Shown here one piece after another: positions 9,085-13,002 of a stretch of DNA of 13,002 bases (position 1 is its first letter; each line of letters opens with the position of its first letter). A model generated the notes under the pieces. That model saw only the letters and a list, made by a program, of their open reading frames with translations. It was not told the DNA's origin and made no database searches. Source of the DNA: Planctomycetota bacterium (lineage in GTDB: Bacteria; Planctomycetota; PLA2; JAEUHO01); NCBI GenBank assembly GCA_050248855.1, contig JBFWRP010000051.1, forward strand, positions 1 to 13,002, read 5' to 3'. The translations under genes were made by a program, and so were the position numbers.

Positions 9085-9743
9085 CCGCGACCACGCGGGA
9101 TCGCCACGCGCAGCTGCTCGCCGCGCGCGTGTACCTGATCGTCACGCCCGAGGCCTTGGGCGGCGACGCGCAGGCGCGCGTGAAGGCCGCGCTCGCAAGC
9201 GGCGCCGTGGACCTCGTCCAGGCGCGTACCAAGGTGGCGGACCCCACGGCGCCCGCGCGCTTGGCCGCGTGGCTCGCACCCCTGGCCGCGGAGGCCGGCG
9301 TGCCCTGGATCCTCGACGACGATCCCGCCGCGGCCGTCGCGCTCCAGGCCGACGGGGCGCACGTCGGCGAAGACGACATGGCGCCGGCCGAGGCCCGGAC
9401 GCTGCTCGGCGCTTCGCGGCTGTTGGGCGTGTCCACGCACGACGCGGGCGAGATCGCCGCGGCCGCGGCGGGGCCCGGCGACCACGCCGGCCTCGGCCCC
9501 TGCTTCGCCTCGGGCACCAAACGCTTGGCGCGGCCCCTCCTGGGGGCCAGGGCCGCGGCCGCGATCCTCGCTACGGCGCCCGCTGCGTTTCCGGTGTTCG
9601 CGATCGGCGGCATCGACGACGAGGGTGCGGCGCGCCTCGGGGAGGCCGGTGTCCGGCGCGTCGCCGTGGGCGCCGGCATCCTCCTGGCCCGCGACCCCGG
9701 CGCGGCAGCCGTCGCGATCCGCAGCAGACTACGTCCTCTCTGA
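9081..9743 (+). CDS. thiE: Thiamine-phosphate synthase family protein (220 aa)
   Basis: This is the C-terminal part of the 7224..9743 track ORF, with a GTG start at 9081. Motifs are YLIV, VQARTK (QxRxK), ADGAHVGEDD, GVSTH, GPCFASGTK and PVFAIGGI. Confidence 0.88.
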   Translation: MTATTRDRHAQLLAARVYLIVTPEALGGDAQARVKAALASGAVDLVQARTKVADPTAPARLAAWLAPLAAEAGVPWILDDDPAAAVALQADGAHVGEDDMAPAEARTLLGASRLLGVSTHDAGEIAAAAAGPGDHAGLGPCFASGTKRLARPLLGARAAAAILATAPAAFPVFAIGGIDDEGAARLGEAGVRRVAVGAGILLARDPGAAAVAIRSRLRPL

Positions 9744-9874
9744 AGCTCGAGCCTGGCGGGCCCCCTGCCCCAGGCCTCTCCCCGTCTGCGATGCTCTTGG
9801 CTCCCCGGCCGGCGCGCGGTTCCCTGGGACCGGCGACGCCGGCACCCGTGCACGCCCCGTCCCGGAGGTCCCGG

Positions 9875-12793
9875 ATGCCGCGAACCCACCGCGTCGCGCC
9901 CTTCGTCCTGCTGCTCGCCGTGCCGTTCCTGCTCGCGGGGCCCGGGCTCCGGCGCGCGGCCGCCGACGAGACGACGTCGATCGTCGAGACGTTGGACGCG
10001 GCCAAGGAAGCCGAGCTGACGTCGGGGGACCACACGCGTGCCCGACGGCTCTACGAGTCGCTGCTGCTGCCCGATCGCCGCGCCCAGCTGACCGTCCAGC
10101 AGCGCACCGATGCGCTCACGGGCCGCGCCCGCTGCGCCAAGGCCGAGGGCCTCATGCCGCTGGCCGAGCAGTACTGGACGGCGATCCTCGCCGACAGCGA
10201 GGTGCCCGACGACGTGCGCGCCTGGGCCCAGGGCGAGCTCGACGCGTGGCACGCGGCGTCCAAGCCGAGCGCCGACGAGCTGGTCGAGGAGCTGGGGGCC
10301 AGGCGCCGCGCGGAGGATCGCCAGCGGGCCGAGTCGCTGTACCAGCGCGCCCGGCTGGCGCTGGACCGCAACGACTTCGACGAAGCCTGGGCCCTGGCGT
10401 TGGATGCCCGCGCGCAAGACCCCACCCACGAACGCATCGGCGCGCTCATCGAGGAGATCCAAGCCGGGCGGCCGGACCCCAGTCGCCTGCTCCCGCAGCT
10501 GCTGGACTTCATCCGTACGCGTGCGCTCGCCGAGCGCGCGCTCGTGCGCCAACAGGTGGACGAGGCGTTGCTCGAGGGCCGCGCGGCCGAGGCCCGCGGC
10601 GACCTGGCCGAGGCGGCGCGGCGCATGACGGACGCCGTGGCGCGTATCGATGCCAGCGGCTTCCTCGAAGTCGGCGTGGCGCGTGGCTTCGCCTCGCTCC
10701 TGGAGCGCCGTGACCACATCGTCACGCTGCTGGAGCAGGTCCACGCCAAGGCCCGCGAGGCCGGCGGCCCGGAGCTGCCTCCCATCCCCAAGGAGCCGCC
10801 GCCCGACCAGCGCACGCCCGGGCTCGAGGGCCAGCTCTACGGGCTCCTGGCCCAGCTCTTCCGCGCGGGCGGCGAGCCGGATGCGGAGCTTCGCTTCTAC
10901 GACCTCGCGTCGCGCTCCAAGGGGAAGCGTCCCACGCTGACCTCGCAGATCCCCGGGCTGATCGTGCGGCAGGAGGACGGCACGCTGTCGCGCGCGCAGT
11001 GGGTGCAGGCGCGCGTCGCCGACGAGATGGGCAGCACGTGGCTCGATCCCCTCGCGCCCGACTTCGAGGAGGCCGAAGCCCGCGTGGAGCGACGCGGCCA
11101 ACGTGCGCGCCTGCTCGCGCGCTTCGGCGATGTCGTCGCCATCCAGCACAAGGAGGCCCTGCACCGGCGCGTGCGGGCCTTGGTCGACGCGTTCGAGATC
11201 GATCCGCCGGCGATGCGCGCCGAGGTCCATGTCTTCGGGGCCCAGGGCGCCGGCGTCGTGCGCATCGCGGAGGCCCTGGAGCTGAAGGCCAGCCCGGGCG
11301 CCGAAGGCTTCACGCTGCTCCACCGCGACGAGCTGACCGAGACGAGCGTCGGCATCGTCGGCGGGCTCGAGGGCGTGAAGCCGCTCGGGCAGGTGCGCCT
11401 CGTGTTCCGTGACGGCGGCGCGACCTCGCTGTTGCTCGAGCAGCGAACGGCCGAGCACCCGATGTTCGCGGGCTCGGCGCCCCCGCCGCCGACCGTTCCG
11501 GCCGATGTCGCGACGTACGGCGTGCGGCTCGACCTGTTCGTCGAGGACATGCCGCACGCGGCAGGCGGGCTGCCGCGCTCGGCCGTGAGCCTGCGCGCCA
11601 CCACGCGCATGCCCACGCACACCACCATCGTGCCGCGGTTGGCCGACGGCCCGGATCGCTTCCAGCGGCTGCCGCGCTTGGGCGAGCACGCGGTGTCCGC
11701 CGACGTCGAGCTGCCCCACTTCGGCTCGCTCGTGGTGCTGGGCCTGCCCAACCCGTTCCCCGACACGCAGATGGAGTACGAGGAGCTGGTCGTGGTGATC
11801 GGCGTGCGCCGCGACGACGATCCGTTGCCCGACACGCCGCCACCGGGCGCGGACCCCCGCGTGGTGCCTGCGGGCTGGATCCACGAGGAGCACGCGCTGG
11901 GCGCCCTGGGCTCGATCGTGGAGGACGATCTGCTGGCCGAGGGTTGGCCCGAGTGGGCACCGGCCGACCCGCCGGCGGCCTGGGAGCGCCGCGAGGCCCG
12001 CGAGCGCTACCTCGCGCGCTTGCTCGCGCGACTGGCGCAGCTGCTGCCCGAAGGCGGCCCGGCGCCCGCGCGGTTGCCCGTGGCCGTGCACCAGGGCGCC
12101 GCCGTCGCCACGCTGGAGCCGTCCGAGCACGCGCGCCTGGCGCGTGCCGTCACGCGGCTGCGGGAGCGCGAGAACGACCTCTACGCGATCGAGGTCCTCG
12201 CGGCGGCGGTGCCCGACGCCGTGGCCGCGTCGTGGGCGTCGCTCGAGGGCGCCCGGCGGAGTCCCGCCGGGGCGCTGCGCCTGCCGTCCGAGGCCGCCGC
12301 CACGGTGGCCGCCGCCCTGTCCGCTTCGACCACCGGCGACAACCTGGACCGGCTCGACGACCGTACGCTCGCCCGCGCCACGCAGGCCGTGGTGCTACGC
12401 CACGTCGAGGAGCGAAGCATCGTTCGCGACGTGGACACCCTCGAGCAAGACGGTCGGACGCGGCTGATACCGCGTCGCGACCGCGTCGCCCAGGGCCTCG
12501 TCGTGGAAGTCCGCCCCGGGCTGGAAGACGAGTCGGGCATGCGGGATGTCGCGGTGCGCGTGCGCAGCGCGCGGTGGGCGTCGATCGAGCGCGTGCCCGT
12601 GCCCGGCGGCGGCGCCGCGGCCGGGCTCACGCAGGACGTCGTGCGTTGGCTGCAGGGAGCCGGCGGCGTCGTGTCCGACCGCGCCGAGACGGACGTGCTC
12701 GCCGACGGCCAGGCCCTGGTGCTGGTCGTCGCCAAGCCCGGTTCGAGCGAGGACGTGATCGCGACGCTCGTGCGCGTGCGCAAGGTGAGGTAG
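9875..12793 (+). CDS. Large exported protein: signal peptide, TPR-like helical N-region, two divergent secretin-like modules (972 aa)
   Basis: ATG 9875 follows GGAGG (9864-68). The signal peptide is MPRTHRVAPFVLLLAVPFLLAGPGLRRAAA. TPR-like helices follow (AESLYQRARLALDRNDFDEAWALALDA), then beta-rich regions with secretin-like motifs (see findings). The CDS is secure and the product call is tentative. Confidence 0.6.
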   Translation: MPRTHRVAPFVLLLAVPFLLAGPGLRRAAADETTSIVETLDAAKEAELTSGDHTRARRLYESLLLPDRRAQLTVQQRTDALTGRARCAKAEGLMPLAEQYWTAILADSEVPDDVRAWAQGELDAWHAASKPSADELVEELGARRRAEDRQRAESLYQRARLALDRNDFDEAWALALDARAQDPTHERIGALIEEIQAGRPDPSRLLPQLLDFIRTRALAERALVRQQVDEALLEGRAAEARGDLAEAARRMTDAVARIDASGFLEVGVARGFASLLERRDHIVTLLEQVHAKAREAGGPELPPIPKEPPPDQRTPGLEGQLYGLLAQLFRAGGEPDAELRFYDLASRSKGKRPTLTSQIPGLIVRQEDGTLSRAQWVQARVADEMGSTWLDPLAPDFEEAEARVERRGQRARLLARFGDVVAIQHKEALHRRVRALVDAFEIDPPAMRAEVHVFGAQGAGVVRIAEALELKASPGAEGFTLLHRDELTETSVGIVGGLEGVKPLGQVRLVFRDGGATSLLLEQRTAEHPMFAGSAPPPPTVPADVATYGVRLDLFVEDMPHAAGGLPRSAVSLRATTRMPTHTTIVPRLADGPDRFQRLPRLGEHAVSADVELPHFGSLVVLGLPNPFPDTQMEYEELVVVIGVRRDDDPLPDTPPPGADPRVVPAGWIHEEHALGALGSIVEDDLLAEGWPEWAPADPPAAWERREARERYLARLLARLAQLLPEGGPAPARLPVAVHQGAAVATLEPSEHARLARAVTRLRERENDLYAIEVLAAAVPDAVAASWASLEGARRSPAGALRLPSEAAATVAAALSASTTGDNLDRLDDRTLARATQAVVLRHVEERSIVRDVDTLEQDGRTRLIPRRDRVAQGLVVEVRPGLEDESGMRDVAVRVRSARWASIERVPVPGGGAAAGLTQDVVRWLQGAGGVVSDRAETDVLADGQALVLVVAKPGSSEDVIATLVRVRKVR

Positions 12794-12812
12794 GGCTGCC
12801 CGACGCTTCCGC

Positions 12813-12918
12813 CGGAGTACGGAGTCGGGTGAGATTCCAACTTCGGGCCGCAATGCGCATCCGCCAGCGGGAGCGTCTGGCAGCCCGAAGTTGGAATCTC
12901 ACCCGACTCCTTGCTCCG
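12813..12918. repeat. Long inverted repeat with 28-bp perfect arms between convergent genes
   Basis: GGAGTCGGGTGAGATTCCAACTTCGGGC (12821-12848) is the exact reverse complement of 12883-12910. Pairing extends imperfectly outward (CGGAGTAC/TTGCTCCG) and into the 34-nt spacer. Confidence 0.92.
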
Positions 12919-12920
12919 AC

Positions 12921-13002
12921 TCAGGGCCGATGCACGGTTCCGAGGCGCATGTCGCGCGGTGCACCGGTGGCAGCCGGGATGTTGCCCGGGCGGTCGTGCA
13001 GG
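12921..13002 (-). CDS. anmK: 3' end of a probable anhydro-N-acetylmuramic acid kinase (partial)
   Basis: Not in the ORF track. The minus-strand translation LHDRPGNIPAATGAPRDMRLGTVHRP* (TGA at 12923-12921) matches the AnmK C-terminal pattern PGN(L/I)PxxTGA....LG. Only 26 residues are visible. Confidence 0.7.
   Translation of the reverse strand, partial: LHDRPGNIPAATGAPRDMRLGTVHRP

Noticed and set aside
9749..9778. GCCTGG/CCAGGC hairpin after thiE as an intrinsic terminator
   Set aside because: There is no U-tract, and short GC stems arise by chance at this GC content.
9011..9874. N-terminal extension of the 972-aa protein, including the alternative ATG at 9791
   Set aside because: It overlaps thiE out of frame. 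ATG 9875 has a GGAGG RBS and gives a clean signal peptide.
12813..12918. CRISPR repeat-spacer unit or tRNA (28-bp unit with a 34-nt spacer)
   Set aside because: The two units are inverted rather than direct, there are only two, and no cas genes are present. No cloverleaf or T-loop motif is visible.

Overview
Very GC-rich bacterial chromosomal window, probably from a Planctomycetota-like organism (inferred from the protein types only). The left arm, on the minus strand, holds an SPFH/band-7 gene translationally coupled to a small Arc/ribbon-helix-helix gene that the ORF track missed, followed by the 5' end of an exported or membrane-anchored protein gene. Diverging on the plus strand are a 92-aa hypothetical, clpC, a membrane-anchored YdjY-like protein, a 327-aa membrane protein, inositol-3-phosphate synthase, a 4-TM protein coupled to thiE, and a 972-aa exported protein that appears to contain two tandem secretin-like modules. 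The 3' end of a convergent anmK-like gene closes the window. Non-coding structure is rich: an 11-bp-periodic triple GATATC-box array in front of the SPFH-RHH operon, three AAC-N16/17-CGT(C/T) ECF-type promoter motifs, and three long intergenic inverted repeats, two of which share a GTACGGAGT foot. I see no transposase, tRNA, rRNA or CRISPR array. The best candidates for undescribed biology are the tandem secretin-like protein, the RHH/SPFH autoregulatory module and the palindromic repeat family. All family calls are by eye and need HMM confirmation.
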